A stretch of 64,000 bases of DNA from Candidatus Omnitrophota bacterium (GTDB lineage: Bacteria; Omnitrophota; Gorgyraeia; Gygaellales; Profunditerraquicolaceae): the NCBI GenBank assembly GCA_028716965.1, contig JAQUOV010000003.1:5302-69301 (forward strand); not shown here. The letters are read 5' to 3'. Position 1 is the first letter of the stretch. Below: more notes on the stretch, generated by a model. That model was given only the letters and a program-made list of their open reading frames with translations, searched no databases and was not told the origin of the DNA.

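Noticed and set aside
18892-64000. Considered that the giant ORF is an NRPS/PKS megasynthase or a repetitive adhesin (Ig, cadherin or RTX repeats).
   Set aside because: No condensation (HHxxxDG), adenylation (A-core), KS, AT or carrier-protein (GxDS) motifs were seen. There is no long internal amino-acid periodicity apart from the short linker motif. The domain content is heterogeneous small-molecule and nucleotide enzymes.
1-64000. Searched for CRISPR arrays, tRNA/rRNA genes, and transposase, integrase or IS elements.
   Set aside because: No direct-repeat/spacer arrays, no cloverleaf-like tRNA candidates in the short intergenic gaps, and no DDE transposase or tyrosine recombinase motifs were found in any frame. 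The only dispersed repeat is the in-frame linker 14-mer inside the giant CDS.
18892-64000. Considered an alternative genetic code (UGA or UAG recoding), since the giant gene could belong to a CPR-type lineage.
   Set aside because: The 15,018-codon frame and all 14 other genes are uninterrupted under the standard code, with sensible stops. There is no need to invoke recoding.

Overview
This 64-kb window carries 15 genes, all on the minus strand. The left ~19 kb is conventional: a partial queG, then mnmG and a class II ribonucleotide reductase (nrdJ) with a textbook sigma70-like promoter, followed by LacI-family and ROK-family regulators. Next comes a coiled-coil membrane protein, then a glycan-utilisation cluster: a TPR lipoprotein, two paralogous clan GH-A glycosidases, a protein made of two tandem-duplicated CBM-like modules, and a sugar ABC transporter with one SBP and two permeases. 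The last small gene encodes a tandem-PilZ protein that overlaps the upstream gene by 14 nt. The right 45 kb (18892..64000) is a single uninterrupted ORF of at least 15,018 codons that is still open at the window edge. It is neither a repetitive adhesin nor an NRPS/PKS. It is a non-repetitive mosaic of at least 30 recognisable catalytic and signalling domains: HAD, aldose epimerase, S1 protease, RelA/SpoT synthetase, GH77-like glucanotransferase, P-loop kinase, ACT-ACT-HD, a half MFS transporter, at least six SAM methyltransferases, a protein-kinase-like domain, isocyanide-synthase-like, HEAT repeats, two NadD-like domains, an Nnr dehydratase, an APH kinase, an HD-GYP-like domain, a B12 radical SAM domain, a degenerate GGDEF, a Pol-beta NTase, REC, and a THUMP/RlmL-like MTase. 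Several embedded transmembrane segments interrupt the chain, and about 35 copies of a short [AG][AS]SP[LIV] linker peptide sit at domain boundaries, many encoded by a near-identical ~14-nt DNA core. Several domains carry degenerate catalytic motifs. The architecture is consistent with the giant genes reported in Omnitrophota, but this is inference and no taxonomic marker was checked. All domain coordinates inside the giant ORF come from manual residue counting, which was verified at three anchor points, and should be accurate to about 30 nt.
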